Shown here: positions 19,881 through 30,941 of the stretch, one piece after another
Position numbering within the stretch: the stretch's first letter is position 1
Layout: every line of letters begins with the position of its first letter
Source of the DNA: Naegleria gruberi
Lineage: Eukaryota
DNA length: 64,000 bases
Strand: one strand, 5' to 3'
Assembly: GCA_000004985.1 (NCBI GenBank)
Contig: GG738849.1
The notes under the pieces: generated by a model
What the model saw: only the letters and a program-made list of their open reading frames with translations
Database searches by the model: none
What the model was told of the DNA's origin: nothing
Position numbers and translations under genes: made by a program

Positions 19881-21710
19881 ATGCACAAGACAACTTTGAT
19901 AGGCTTCACAAAGGCTACACAAAATATTCAAATTGTTGGGAAGGCTTGTTCTTCTTCTCATGTTCTTCTTCTCCGAGACTTGTTGATGAGTAATAATAAT
20001 TGTAGAATAAATAATTTTCGGAAGGGATCTATAATGATGGATTCATTGATTATTAATAATTATAATATAAGAAATTATCAAAGTCTTGTAGGAGGAGGTA
20101 TCAGGGCACCAAAATTTAAAACTAGTTTTAATATTGGAAATATTAGAAAGGGAATTAACAAGATTGAAAAGAAGGAGGAAGAGGAAAATTTAAATAATAT
20201 TCATAATGATACGATTTATGCAATGGCGAGTGGATTTACATCGAGTTGTGCTGTTTCTGTGATTAGAGTGAGTGGAGCCAAAGCAATGAATGTTGTCACT
20301 AAAATGACAAAATTAAATCCAGAAAAAATTGAATCCAGAAAGGCCTATTATTGTTCCCTTCACGATCCAAACAATATCAATATTCCAATAGATAAGGTGC
20401 TACTATTGTATTTTAAAGGGCCAAATAGTTTTTCTGGAGAGGATATAATTGAAATTCATTGTCACGGAAGTAAGGCTGTTGTTAGTCAATTAATGAAAGC
20501 TTTGGGAAGTGAAATTGTTGGATATAGACCTGCTGACCCAGGAGAATTTACCAAACGAGCATTTTTAAATAGGAAAATGGATTTAACAGAAGTGGAAGGT
20601 TTAAGTGATCTTTTACATGCACAAACAGAGCATCAAAGAATCCAAGCTCTGAAACAAATTAATGGTGAATTAAGCCATATTGTGACGAACTGGAAAAGAG
20701 AAATGCTTCATTGTGTAGCACATGTAACAGCATTTATTGATTTTGGAGACGATAACGGATTGGAAGAGTCGGTTGTATATAGAGAGCGAATTATGCCTTC
20801 AGTTAAAAAGTTGGCATCAGAATTAGAATACTATTTGGAAATTTCAAAGAATAGACTTGGTGAAAGATTAAGAGAAGGAAATGGAATTCGTTGTGCCCTC
20901 TTGGGTGCTCCAAATGCCGGAAAGTCTTCCTTGTTAAATATTTTGGCCGAAAAGGATATTGCTATTGTTAGCGACCAAGCAGGCACAACAAGAGATGTTG
21001 TGGAAGTTCAACTCAATCTTAAAGGTTGGCCTGTCACAGTTGCTGATACTGCAGGTTTAAGAGATCAAAAGAATGATATTTCATCTGAAACAGAACTAGG
21101 TAAACACTACTTGATAGAAATTGAAGGAATGAAAAGAGCTATTCAAAAAGCTAAGGAAGCCGATATTATTTTGATTGTCATTGATTCATCCGATAGTCTT
21201 GCATCTGCCAATCAAATGTTAGACTCCTGCCTTGAACGGCTCTCTGAAAACAATCATCAAATATTGGAACAAAAGAAAATATTCGCCATCTTTAACAAGA
21301 TTGATTCACGTGACAATGTAGATTTCATTGGACCTATTAATACAGCAAGTGGAAAAGATATTCCAACATTTGCAGTCTCTTGCATTACAAAAGAAGGAGT
21401 CGATAAACTGATAGAACGTATTGGAACAACAGTGGAAAATATATTTACTGGAAATGATGAACAATTCTTCACTAAGGATGTTGGATCTCAACAAGCTGAA
21501 CATGCTCTTTTAATTACCAGAGAAAGGCACAGAATTTCCTTCACCAAAACTCTTTTATTCCTCAATAAGGCACTTGAGGATAATAAGCAAATTGAGTTGG
21601 CAGCTGAACATATTCGACAAGCTCACAAAAGTCTTTGTGAAGTGACAGGAGATGTTGATTTCGAACAGATTCTAGATGTGGTTTTCAAAGAATTTTGCAT
21701 TGGCAAATAA
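19881..21710 (+). CDS. tRNA modification GTPase MnmE/TrmE (mitochondrial MSS1/GTPBP3 orthologue)
   Basis: N-terminal domain DTIYAMASG...VIRVSG. G-domain motifs GAPNAGKSSLLN, DTAGLR and NKID. Diagnostic C-terminal CIGK. ATG preceded by A8. Confidence 0.85.
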   Translation: MHKTTLIGFTKATQNIQIVGKACSSSHVLLLRDLLMSNNNCRINNFRKGSIMMDSLIINNYNIRNYQSLVGGGIRAPKFKTSFNIGNIRKGINKIEKKEEEENLNNIHNDTIYAMASGFTSSCAVSVIRVSGAKAMNVVTKMTKLNPEKIESRKAYYCSLHDPNNINIPIDKVLLLYFKGPNSFSGEDIIEIHCHGSKAVVSQLMKALGSEIVGYRPADPGEFTKRAFLNRKMDLTEVEGLSDLLHAQTEHQRIQALKQINGELSHIVTNWKREMLHCVAHVTAFIDFGDDNGLEESVVYRERIMPSVKKLASELEYYLEISKNRLGERLREGNGIRCALLGAPNAGKSSLLNILAEKDIAIVSDQAGTTRDVVEVQLNLKGWPVTVADTAGLRDQKNDISSETELGKHYLIEIEGMKRAIQKAKEADIILIVIDSSDSLASANQMLDSCLERLSENNHQILEQKKIFAIFNKIDSRDNVDFIGPINTASGKDIPTFAVSCITKEGVDKLIERIGTTVENIFTGNDEQFFTKDVGSQQAEHALLITRERHRISFTKTLLFLNKALEDNKQIELAAEHIRQAHKSLCEVTGDVDFEQILDVVFKEFCIGK

Positions 21711-21765
21711 TTTATTTACAATATAATGTCATTTCGATTTAGATATAGTTGTTATATGATCATGT

Positions 21766-22285
21766 TTAATCCGTGAAACCCACTCCATCTCTTCTATAAA
21801 ATGTTTTAGTTTGAGCCTTTTTTCCTGTTGTCAGTTGGGCATCGCTTGATCTTTTTCCTTCTAAAAAGTTTTTCTCAACCAACCATCCAATGGTTTGGCT
21901 AGAAGAAACTGGAAAGTTATATTTCTTGGTTGGGGATTCCTCTTTTCTTGATTTCAGGTAACTCATTCTACCTCCTCCTTCTTTTGATACTCCCTCATAA
22001 ATTAATTTTCTTTGAGGGTGATTTGCAATAGTATTTTTTATCTTTTCCTTTTCCGCAGCTGCTTTTATAGATTGATGAAGTTTTTCCTTTTCTTCTTGTA
22101 CTTTTTCTGGATAGTATTTTTGATTCCATTGTTTCCTTATTGCTAAAAGTTTGTTAGATCATGATGATGATTTGATGATATCAAAATAACATACTTGACT
22201 CCTTTTCTATTGCTTCTTTCCAATGCCTACTGAGAAAACTAACTCCTCCATCAGGTCTGCCACCAGAAGATGCCTTAGATGCCAT
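21766..22285 (-). CDS. Small 2-exon hypothetical protein (~155 aa), not present as a single ORF in the track
   Basis: ATG 22285..22283 gives MASKASSGGRPDGGVSFLSRHWKEAIEKES. A GTATGT..TTTAG intron of 52 nt (22194-22143) joins in frame to the track ORF 21766-21966. Exon lengths 91 + 377 = 468 nt = 156 codons. Confidence 0.4.
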
Positions 22286-22463
22286 TTTTTTGTTTTGATT
22301 TTTTAAATATACCTACGACCGTTATTAATTAGCGCGGTTAATGAAATGTATACTGACATAAATCAATATAGCTATTATTTTAGCCTTACAAGGGTAATTC
22401 AAATAATATTGTACAAAAATAACAATATTCAATAAGATTAATTGTACAATAATTTCGAGAACT

Positions 22464-24803
22464 TTATTTCCAACTCCATGAATTTTGTGTTTGTTGTGGA
22501 TATCTATTTTGTTGAGTAAAGAAACCAGAATATGCTTGTTGTTGTTGTTGATTCACACCATAAGGATCTACTTGTTTTTGTTGGTGGTTTGGTTCAGTTT
22601 CAGTTGCGTTCATTCCCCAATCAACATTATTTTGTTGTCCTTCGTTTTTGGCAAATGTAATATTTACATTAGGGAGTAAAGCTCTAAAGCTGTTTTGAAG
22701 ATCAGCATTATTAAACATTTGTTCGTTACCTTGTCCATTAGATGAACCTCCAAAGAATCTACTTGTTTGTTGACCAGATCCTGATCCAGATAAATAAGGT
22801 ACTGATTGCATATTCCAATCCATACCATGTCCTCCATAAGGGTAGTGATGTGGCATTTGTTGAGGTTGAGATTGTTGAGATGGTTGTTGTTGTTGTTGAG
22901 GTGGTGCATCAGAAGATGGATTGCCTCCAAAGAATCTAGATGATGTTCTCTTTGTATCAACGTTTTGATTACCATTTGACCAAGCATCTCCATAATATTG
23001 GTAGTAAGGATCATATTGGAAGGTAGCAAACAGCTGCTGAACTTGTTGTGGATATCCATAATATTGGTTTTGCACTTGTTGATAATTTTGTGGAGCAGTG
23101 AATGAATTTTGTGTTCCTTGTTGTGTTTGATCCATTCCAAAACCATTAAATCCATTTGTTGTTGGTTTCGAGTCAACCAATGCAAGTAAAGCAGATCTAT
23201 CACTCGAAATAGGTTGTTGTCCAGATTCAAGACCAAGCATTTCCAAAGTTGGATGTGTTTCTAAAATTTGAGATTCAACTTGGTCTAATGTACTCTCTTC
23301 ATTGATATTTATATTATCAATAACACTGATTGCAACCTTTTCTTGGTTTTCTGATATTAAATCTTCACCACTTGGATCAGTGCTAGATCTTCCACTACTG
23401 CAAGAGTTAGCTTCTGTATTATTAGTATCATTAGTTGTTATTGTTGTAGTTGAAGCTTCTGTTGTTTCTGTGGAAGCCTCAGTTGCTTCTGTTTCTTTTT
23501 GTTTTGATTTCTTGTTCTTGTTCTTATTCTTATTCTTGTTTTTAATCTTATTCTTCTTCTTACTCTTTGTAATATTTGTTGGTAAATTTACAGGTATTAT
23601 TGGAGAAGTAACAGCTGGAGTTACAATAGGAGTAGTAGGTTGTCCCCATCTTGCTGTTTTAGGAAGTATCGATTCTTTGCTATTATCTAACACTTTTGTT
23701 GTTAAATCAGCATATTCTGTTTGTACTTCATCATCTTCTTCCTCTTCTTCACCATCATCATCACCTCCATAATAATAATCATCAATGCTATGATGATCAT
23801 ATTCATGTCTGCTCCTACTGGAAGAACTTGTTCTTGGTCTTGTATTTCCTATGGAGTCATCAGCATAGTCATCATCTTGTAAGTCCTCTTCTAATAGATT
23901 ATCATCGTCGTCGTCCATGATATCATAATGACGAAGTGGATTAGAACGGCTATTTGCTCCCCCAGCAGACAAATCATCATCCTCATTAGATTCATCACCC
24001 TCAGGCTCCTTGTTAGAGTTTTGATACTTCCAGAAATGTTTATCTATCGGTTGTGAATCATCATCAGGTGGATAAAACTGAGACATTTTCTCTAAATTGT
24101 GTGGAACTGGCAAACCATTCCTCAGAACAATTTCATCCTTATTAAAAGTATCTTCATCGTTCCCATATTCGTGTAGATACATACAGTCAGGATTCGTACA
24201 AGGAATACCCTTTAAAAAGTATGCACAATATTTTGTTGTACCAAAAGATGCTCGTAATTGTTTAGCGTCCAAGTAAGTTTTGTCAACAGCCCTAATAGCT
24301 TTATAGGCATCCTCCTTTCTAACATAGGTAATATATGCACTCACTGTAGGAGTTCTATTAGAAGCAATATGTGTTGAATTATGTAAATTACTCTTGTTGA
24401 TTACTACTTTTTTGATTTTACCATACTTTCCGAAATTGTCTTGATGTTTTAACCAATCATGTTTAGCAACAACCAGAGTTAGTCCAACCACATAGACCAA
24501 ATTACGCTGTATAACCCTAACATTTGCGAGTTGTTTTCTGTTAATGTGTGGTTTTTTCTTCTTCTCCTTTTGCTTCTTTTCTTGTTGAATTAATTCTGGA
24601 TCTGGAGGAGTAAATTCAATGTTTGATTTCTCGTATTCTCTTCTACAATTTGGGCAACGTTTGCTTGTATTGTCGATCTTGTTCCAACACCAAGAGCAGA
24701 TTTTAAATCCACACGGACAAGGTTGGAAATGTTTGTCTGTAATGTCCAAGTCTTCGCAGCAAATTGGACAAGTTGTATCTTCGTCGCTTGAATAATCACT
24801 CAT
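22464..24803 (-). CDS. CCR4-NOT complex subunit 4 (NOT4/MOT2 E3 ligase) with a long Q/N-rich C-terminus
   Basis: NOT4-type RING CPICCEDLDITDKHFQPCPCGFKICSWCWNKI...RCPNCRREY, followed by an RRM (LVYVVGL...) and a C3H zinc finger (CAYFLKGIPCTNPDCMYLHE). C-terminus contains NKIKNKNKNKNKNKK and QQQQQPSQQSQPQQ. Confidence 0.8.
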   Translation of the reverse strand: MSDYSSDEDTTCPICCEDLDITDKHFQPCPCGFKICSWCWNKIDNTSKRCPNCRREYEKSNIEFTPPDPELIQQEKKQKEKKKKPHINRKQLANVRVIQRNLVYVVGLTLVVAKHDWLKHQDNFGKYGKIKKVVINKSNLHNSTHIASNRTPTVSAYITYVRKEDAYKAIRAVDKTYLDAKQLRASFGTTKYCAYFLKGIPCTNPDCMYLHEYGNDEDTFNKDEIVLRNGLPVPHNLEKMSQFYPPDDDSQPIDKHFWKYQNSNKEPEGDESNEDDDLSAGGANSRSNPLRHYDIMDDDDDNLLEEDLQDDDYADDSIGNTRPRTSSSSRSRHEYDHHSIDDYYYGGDDDGEEEEEDDEVQTEYADLTTKVLDNSKESILPKTARWGQPTTPIVTPAVTSPIIPVNLPTNITKSKKKNKIKNKNKNKNKNKKSKQKETEATEASTETTEASTTTITTNDTNNTEANSCSSGRSSTDPSGEDLISENQEKVAISVIDNININEESTLDQVESQILETHPTLEMLGLESGQQPISSDRSALLALVDSKPTTNGFNGFGMDQTQQGTQNSFTAPQNYQQVQNQYYGYPQQVQQLFATFQYDPYYQYYGDAWSNGNQNVDTKRTSSRFFGGNPSSDAPPQQQQQPSQQSQPQQMPHHYPYGGHGMDWNMQSVPYLSGSGSGQQTSRFFGGSSNGQGNEQMFNNADLQNSFRALLPNVNITFAKNEGQQNNVDWGMNATETEPNHQQKQVDPYGVNQQQQQAYSGFFTQQNRYPQQTQNSWSWK

Positions 24804-24878
24804 AGTGTTTTATAGTTTTGTATATTATTTATATTTTAAATTACTAAATGTATTATTATTATTGTTATGAAAAATGTA

Positions 24879-24935
24879 GTGTTGTTGTTGTTGTTTACTA
24901 CGAAAGTGTTGTTGTTGTTAAGTGTTGATGTTGTT
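24879..24935. repeat. (GTT)n microsatellite in the NOT4 / P-ATPase divergent intergenic region
   Basis: gtgttgttgttgttgtttac...gtgttgttgttgttaagtgttgatgttg. Confidence 0.7.
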
Positions 24936-25544
24936 TTTAAAAACAGAAGCAAGTCAGATCAAAAGGACAGTAGAGAGTTTCTCAAAATACTATCAAAAAG
25001 TCCTAAATGTAATAGAGAGCGTATTTAAAGACGACGAACAAAATATTTTTTTGTTGTTTGTAAAGGAATTGACGGATGCTCACTCACACAATAAAACTCG
25101 AGCTGAACAAGATAAAGGCAAACAAAAAGGCTAATGAAAGGAACAACAAGAGAGAACAAACTCAAAGAAAAGGCGGGATCAAAAATTTATTATTATCACG
25201 AAGCCTTCAACTATTAAATTATTAATAATTCACCATCAGAACAAGATTGCTTCAAATTCAATTTGGTCAAAAGTTAATAATAGTTTGTGCCACAATCAAT
25301 TCATCAAGGAACGAGAATCGCATGACTTGTTTATTGGAAAAAGCTTTTTAAATATTAATTTCAATTTTGATTTTTAATCATGTTGCTGATGATGATAATT
25401 CAACTTAAGAGGAGTTAAATACCAACAACTCAAGCATAAAATTCTTTTGGAAATTATACATTTATAGAAGTATACTCAGTTTCAAAAGAGTTGGATAAAC
25501 CATGCCTATGACAACCCAAATAGAGAAAAAAATCAAAACATTTA

Positions 25545-28500
25545 ATGAGTATTACAGTTTCTGATCAAAATGATTTTAACAATCGTCAGTCAAAGGGAAA
25601 TATTAGTTGTAATTACACATCAACCAATCAATTCGCTGCTAGTTCAGGCGCTTCTGATTTTGTAAATATTGATATCCATCAGGAGGACAGAGAAATAAGT
25701 CAATTGAAAGATGCCCATTTACTTTCGATTGATCAAGTTGCCAGTCAATTGAAAACTAACATTGAACGTGGATTGACTGAAGATGAGGCTAAACAAAGAC
25801 TAGACAAACTTGGTTTGAATGAATTGAAAAAAACAGGAGGTGTAAAGATTTGGAAAATTCTATTGAGACATACTTTTGGTTTTATGAATATTGTTCTGCT
25901 TGCTGCGTTAGTTATTGCATTTGCAGTTCAAGAGTGGATTGATGGAGCTGTTATTGGTTTTATTATTCTTGTAAATGTTGTAATTGGTTTTGTTCAAGAG
26001 TTTAGATCTGAGAATTCCATGCAAAAATTGAAATCACTTCAGGAAACAACTTCCACAGTCATTAGAGATGGAAGAGTTGTAGAAATCAAATCAAAATTTC
26101 TAGCTGTTGGAGATTTAATAGAGCTTAATGAGGGAGATCACATTCCTGCTGATTGCAGAGTTGTCTATTCAGCACAATTATCATGTCTAGAATCTATTCT
26201 GACAGGAGAGTCAGAACCTATTAAGAAAAATCCACAAACCATTGTTCCTAAACCACTTCCTGTCGGATCCCAATCATTTGATGTTAGACCTTCAACATTA
26301 ACAAATCAATCGAATACTACCACCAGTAGATTCTCTTTTGCACGAAGAAAGAAGGATTACAATGTATTGGGTGATAGATTTAATATGGTTTTTGGAGGCA
26401 CAGTGATTACAAAAGGTAAAGGAAAAGCAATTGTTACTTGCACTGGAATGAATACAGAATTGGGTGCTATTGCTCAATCTCTTAATAAGTCCAATGACAG
26501 CAAGTTCAAGAATGCTATTGTGAAATTTTTTGCTCCTAGTGGATCAAGATTACAAAAGAGAATGGGTTTACTAGGTATCGTGTTGGTATTTGCTGGATTA
26601 ATTTGTACTGGACTGGTTTTATTGGGTGTTTATATTCATGGAACAATTCCAATCATTCCAGATGGATTGAAGATTGGTGTTTCAACAGCTGTTGCAGTAA
26701 TTCCTGAAGGATTGGCTCCTGTTCTTACATTGACAATGACAATGGGAGTTTTAAAGATGGCCAAGAACAATGCTATCGTTAGAAGACTCGATGCTATTGA
26801 GTCACTGGGTAATATTACAGATATTTGTACTGACAAAACAGGAACACTCACTGAGGGAAAGATGAGTGTTCGAGAAGTGTATTTGAGCGATGAATCAGAG
26901 TTGAGTGTTGTGAAAACTGTCTCCCCACCATCTGCCAATCATGAACCTCAAAGATCAGTTACTGAATTGATCAATGATAGAGGAGTAGTGGTAAATATCG
27001 ACTCAAATCAATTACTAACCATTTTCCTCACCATTTCCTCCTTGTGTAATGGTGCAAATATAGTCAAGACAAATGAGAAGGAGAATCAAGAGAAACCCAA
27101 TCCAAATCAAAATAAGAAAGCTACAGAAGAAGAATTTGTTGGTGATCCAACAGAAATAGCTCTCCTATCTCTTTCGACATGTTATGGACTCTCTAAGGAA
27201 AAGCTAATTCAAGACAGCTCATTCACATTTCATGAAGAATTCCCATTCGACAGCACCCTGAAAAGAATGACAGTTCTTTACAAGAAGAATGGTCATGAAT
27301 TTATATTAACTAAGGGTGCTCTAGAGCAAACATTACCACTCTGCAGTTACATGTGCTCAAATAGTGATAACATTTCCATATTATCGGAAATATCTGAACA
27401 GGATGCAGAAAAGATTAAATACCAAGCAGAGGGAATGGCTATGAAGGGGTTGAGAGTTCTTTCTCTTGCTTTTCGTCAAAATGCAAGTTTCGAAACAATT
27501 ACTCAAAGAGAAGATGCAGAACGCCAATTGACCTTTGTAGGTTTGGTTGGAATTCAAGATCCACCTCGAGGTGGTGTACATGAGGCAATCAAACTTTGTC
27601 AACATGCTAATTTGACTGTGAGAGTAATAACTGGTGATCACAAAATAACAGCCAAAGCAATAGCACACGAATGTGGAGTCATTGAAGCCGATGACGAAGA
27701 TCTTGTCATGAACGCAAGTACATTTGATAGTATGTCAGATCACGAACTGAGATTATTACCAGATTTACCCAGAGTAATTTCGAGATGTACACCAGGCACT
27801 AAGGAAAGAATGATTGAAGCTCTCCACGCCAGGAAGAAATATGTAGCCATGACAGGTGATGGTGTGAATGATTGTTCCTCTATTAAGGCAGCTGATGTTG
27901 GAATTGCAATGGGAATTACAGGTAGTGATGTGACCAAGGAAGTGGCTGATATCGTTCTAACTGACGATGACTTTTCAACTATAGTTATTGCAATTAAAGA
28001 AGGAAGACACATGTTTGAATCTATCAGAAAGTTTACAATCCACTTGTTATCTGGTAACGTATCACAAACTATATTATTGGTAGTTACTGCCTTGTCTGGA
28101 TTGCAGGTTCCTCTCAATTCCATTCAAATTCTATGGCTTAACTTGGTTACTGGAACAGGACCATCATTTGGATTGGGAAAAGAAAAGGTAAGAAATGATA
28201 TAATGGCTCCTGGATTCAATAGTGGTATGTTCACATTCGAAACCATATCTGATATTCTAGCCTATGGGATAGTTATGGGAATGCTTGGAATGGCTAACTT
28301 TTTATTGGCAACAATGGTTTGGGGAAGACCTTTGATTGAGGCTCAATCACTTACCTTCGTTACAGCCACTTGCCTGTTGCTACTCCATGCATACACATGT
28401 AGACATTTGAGGAAGCCATTCTTTGAGGATGGTTTCTATGAGTGTTGGGTGTTACATTTATTTGTCTTTTTAGGATTGGTTTCAACCATTGCAACATTAT

Positions 28501-28682
28501 ATATTCCTTGGGTAAATTCTAATATTTTTCACCAAGTTCCACTTAACAACCCAATAGATTGGGTATTTGTATTATTTGCAGGATTATTACTCGTGATTTT
28601 TTCAGAAGTTTACAAAGGAATTAAGAGATGCATTATTTCTCTCAAACTAAAAATTAGAAAACGAAGATTACATGGAGTTTAG
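25545..28682 (+). CDS. P-type cation-transporting ATPase, most like type IID (ENA-type Na+/K+ efflux pump)
   Basis: Motifs TGES (LTGESEP), phosphorylation site DICTDKTGTLTEGKM, VGDPTEIALL, and hinge MTGDGVNDCSSIKAADVGIAMG. The block IPEGLAPVLTLTMTMGVLKMAKNNAIVRRLDAIESLG resembles ENA-type pumps more than SERCA/PMCA. Ten predicted TM helices. Single exon. Confidence 0.75.
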   Translation: MSITVSDQNDFNNRQSKGNISCNYTSTNQFAASSGASDFVNIDIHQEDREISQLKDAHLLSIDQVASQLKTNIERGLTEDEAKQRLDKLGLNELKKTGGVKIWKILLRHTFGFMNIVLLAALVIAFAVQEWIDGAVIGFIILVNVVIGFVQEFRSENSMQKLKSLQETTSTVIRDGRVVEIKSKFLAVGDLIELNEGDHIPADCRVVYSAQLSCLESILTGESEPIKKNPQTIVPKPLPVGSQSFDVRPSTLTNQSNTTTSRFSFARRKKDYNVLGDRFNMVFGGTVITKGKGKAIVTCTGMNTELGAIAQSLNKSNDSKFKNAIVKFFAPSGSRLQKRMGLLGIVLVFAGLICTGLVLLGVYIHGTIPIIPDGLKIGVSTAVAVIPEGLAPVLTLTMTMGVLKMAKNNAIVRRLDAIESLGNITDICTDKTGTLTEGKMSVREVYLSDESELSVVKTVSPPSANHEPQRSVTELINDRGVVVNIDSNQLLTIFLTISSLCNGANIVKTNEKENQEKPNPNQNKKATEEEFVGDPTEIALLSLSTCYGLSKEKLIQDSSFTFHEEFPFDSTLKRMTVLYKKNGHEFILTKGALEQTLPLCSYMCSNSDNISILSEISEQDAEKIKYQAEGMAMKGLRVLSLAFRQNASFETITQREDAERQLTFVGLVGIQDPPRGGVHEAIKLCQHANLTVRVITGDHKITAKAIAHECGVIEADDEDLVMNASTFDSMSDHELRLLPDLPRVISRCTPGTKERMIEALHARKKYVAMTGDGVNDCSSIKAADVGIAMGITGSDVTKEVADIVLTDDDFSTIVIAIKEGRHMFESIRKFTIHLLSGNVSQTILLVVTALSGLQVPLNSIQILWLNLVTGTGPSFGLGKEKVRNDIMAPGFNSGMFTFETISDILAYGIVMGMLGMANFLLATMVWGRPLIEAQSLTFVTATCLLLLHAYTCRHLRKPFFEDGFYECWVLHLFVFLGLVSTIATLYIPWVNSNIFHQVPLNNPIDWVFVLFAGLLLVIFSEVYKGIKRCIISLKLKIRKRRLHGV

Positions 28683-28818
28683 TCTGATTGGAATGGAAAA
28701 TGAGGCAATGAATAAACAAAACACTAAAGTATAATTTTGAGCCTTCATTTATTTACCGAATTCTTCCAAGTGTTCAATTAAATATTTGATTAATATTTCA
28801 CATTTTGGGATTATTGTC

Positions 28819-28937
28819 GGCTACGGCCATATCACGATGAATGCACCTCATCCCGTCCGATTTGAGAAGTTAAGCATCGTCGAGCCACATCAGTACTGAG
28901 GTTGGAGACAACTTGGGAACCTGTGGTGCTGTAGTCT
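28819..28937 (+). rRNA. 5S ribosomal RNA gene (solitary, Pol III) followed by a T-run terminator
   Basis: GGCTACGGCCATATCAC...CCCGTCCGATTTGAGAAGTTAAGC...GTACTGAGGTTGGAGACAACTTGGGAACCTGTGGTGCTGTAGTC fits eukaryotic 5S. Helix I is paired by 5'-GGCTACGGC / GCTGTAGTC-3'. The CCGTCCGAT and GTTAAGC boxes are present, length is ~119 nt, and it is followed at once by TTTTTGTTTT. Confidence 0.8.
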
Positions 28938-28980
28938 TTTTGTTTTCGATTTTAAGATTTCACTTTTTGAAAATCGAACT
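28938..28980 (+). terminator. T-run plus a 9-bp-stem hairpin immediately 3' of the 5S gene
   Basis: TTTTTGTTTTCGATTTTAAGATTTCACTTTTTGAAAATCGAA. TTCGATTTT pairs with AAAATCGAA. Confidence 0.4.
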
Positions 28981-29277
28981 ACAAATCGTAAATAGCAAAT
29001 AACCAACACATGAAACGATCGAAACGATGAGCAAAATTGCCAAAACACCATACACACCAAATGCTTTTTTCATTTTTTTAAAAATTAAAAAATGATTTCA
29101 AGTCAACCAACAACAGAAACACACCAAAAGAATAAGAAGAAGAATTCTAACAATAATTCAGAGCCAGCATCATTGGAATTACAACCACGATCCAACAATA
29201 AATCCAATTCTAATATAACAATAATAATAATAACAATCAAAAAGTAAACAAAAACAAACCATCATCAACACCTTCCG

Positions 29278-30852
29278 ATGCTGCCTCTACTCCACAACCA
29301 TCAAAAGATCATGAAAAAGCAAATAATAAAAAAGCCTAAGGGCAATGGTGGTAATACTAGCAATAATAATAATCAGAAACAGGAAAAAACAAAACAAGAA
29401 AAAAGACCAAAATCTGCACAAATTGATCATCAAAAAACAAGTCAAAACAAACAAGAAAGCAAATCATCACAATCTGAAAGACCAAAATCTGCACAAAGAG
29501 ATCAAAAATCAATTTCAGAGAACAAACAAGAAACTTTGTCTGAAAAAGATCAAAAATTAAAGAAGGATTCGGTAAAGAAAGATGGGAGACAAGATAGTGT
29601 TGCATATTCTCTTCCCAAGATAGATCGATCATTATTTTCTTATGAATATATTCCAGAATATTCTTTTGAAAATGTTCAAGAATTGATAAAGAATGGAAAT
29701 TTGGAGAAGGCTGCACAAGTTATGAATTTGGTATTGAATCCGTCGATTGAGTGTTTGTGTTATGCTTTGAATGTTAATCAACGGATTAACAATTCGAAGA
29801 AAGTGGCAGAGATTGGAGCAAGAATAGACAAATTGGTTGGTTTGAAAGCTAAAGCTAAGAAAATCAAATTGAATTATAATTGGAAACAAATTTGGCCCTA
29901 TTTGGATTATTTAATTGATGAAACTTGCAAGGATAGTTCAATAATTGAAAGAGAAATTGAGTTTAACCTTAAAAGTTCGAAATGTGAATCTTACACAGAG
30001 GAGGACGACAGTGCTATTACCAAATACTGTGAATGGAATGAAGAGTATTTCAAGCAGTTACGTTATCCCTTTGCGTTTGGTACTGGACGAAACAATTTCT
30101 TGACCTCGTACATTAAATTATCAAATTACACCATGAAAGAAATGGAAGCAAGAAAATTAGATTTTCATTTCTTTAAAGGAGAAATGAGTGAAGAAAATAT
30201 TTGCCCATCAACATTTTATAATTTGATTGCTAGAGTTGGATTGACAAGGGATCATTTATTAAATGGTAAACATGGTTTCAAGGATATGATTCGTGTTTTT
30301 CCATATAAAGTGGAAAGCTCACTAGCCAACTCGGAAAGTTTTTCTCAAGATGTTGAGAAATATATCAATAACAAGTTGGAAAATACCCATCAACCCTACG
30401 TTGTGTTTGTCTTTTCATTTGACAGTGATTTTACAGTCAAGAGAGGTATTGTAAATTACTACAATGCATTTAACATCTACCCAAGTGCCACAATTATTGA
30501 GACAACAGAAAATAGAGTTTACTATTGCTTTGAAAACAATAGAAAGAAAACTATTGATCTCCACAAAATGTCAGTCGAGGAGGCAAAAACAAGAGTACTC
30601 GAACTCATTCAAGAACGATATGAATACAGAGACAGAGAGTTCAGTATAATAACTGGTAAAGGAAATCATGTGAATGAGAATGGAACCTCTGGTGTGCTTC
30701 GTGAATTGATTGGAAAGTTATTGAAAGAGCATCCTCTTGTGGAATCAGCAAAACTTTTAGAGGGAAAGTATGTGGTTAAAATCAAAGAAAGACCATTTGA
30801 TTTCTTGGAACAAGATTGGATTGAATTTAAAAAGACTCAGTACAACAAATGA
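29278..30852 (+). CDS. Smr (small MutS-related) domain protein with a K/Q/S-rich N-terminus
   Basis: C-terminal MSVEEAKTRVLELIQERYEYRDREFSIITGKGNHVNENGTSGVLRELIGKLLKEH matches the Smr domain. The stop is TGA. A 51-codon upstream ORF with an A-run Kozak context (ATG ~29093) is in the same frame, separated by a single TAA. Confidence 0.6.
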   Translation: MLPLLHNHQKIMKKQIIKKPKGNGGNTSNNNNQKQEKTKQEKRPKSAQIDHQKTSQNKQESKSSQSERPKSAQRDQKSISENKQETLSEKDQKLKKDSVKKDGRQDSVAYSLPKIDRSLFSYEYIPEYSFENVQELIKNGNLEKAAQVMNLVLNPSIECLCYALNVNQRINNSKKVAEIGARIDKLVGLKAKAKKIKLNYNWKQIWPYLDYLIDETCKDSSIIEREIEFNLKSSKCESYTEEDDSAITKYCEWNEEYFKQLRYPFAFGTGRNNFLTSYIKLSNYTMKEMEARKLDFHFFKGEMSEENICPSTFYNLIARVGLTRDHLLNGKHGFKDMIRVFPYKVESSLANSESFSQDVEKYINNKLENTHQPYVVFVFSFDSDFTVKRGIVNYYNAFNIYPSATIIETTENRVYYCFENNRKKTIDLHKMSVEEAKTRVLELIQERYEYRDREFSIITGKGNHVNENGTSGVLRELIGKLLKEHPLVESAKLLEGKYVVKIKERPFDFLEQDWIEFKKTQYNK

Positions 30853-30941
30853 ATATGTCATCATGATTTGTTGATACATGTATTTGAACATGTTTTTGAT
30901 TGTAATATTCCCCTATTGACCGAAAGAACCAATTAAAAAAA

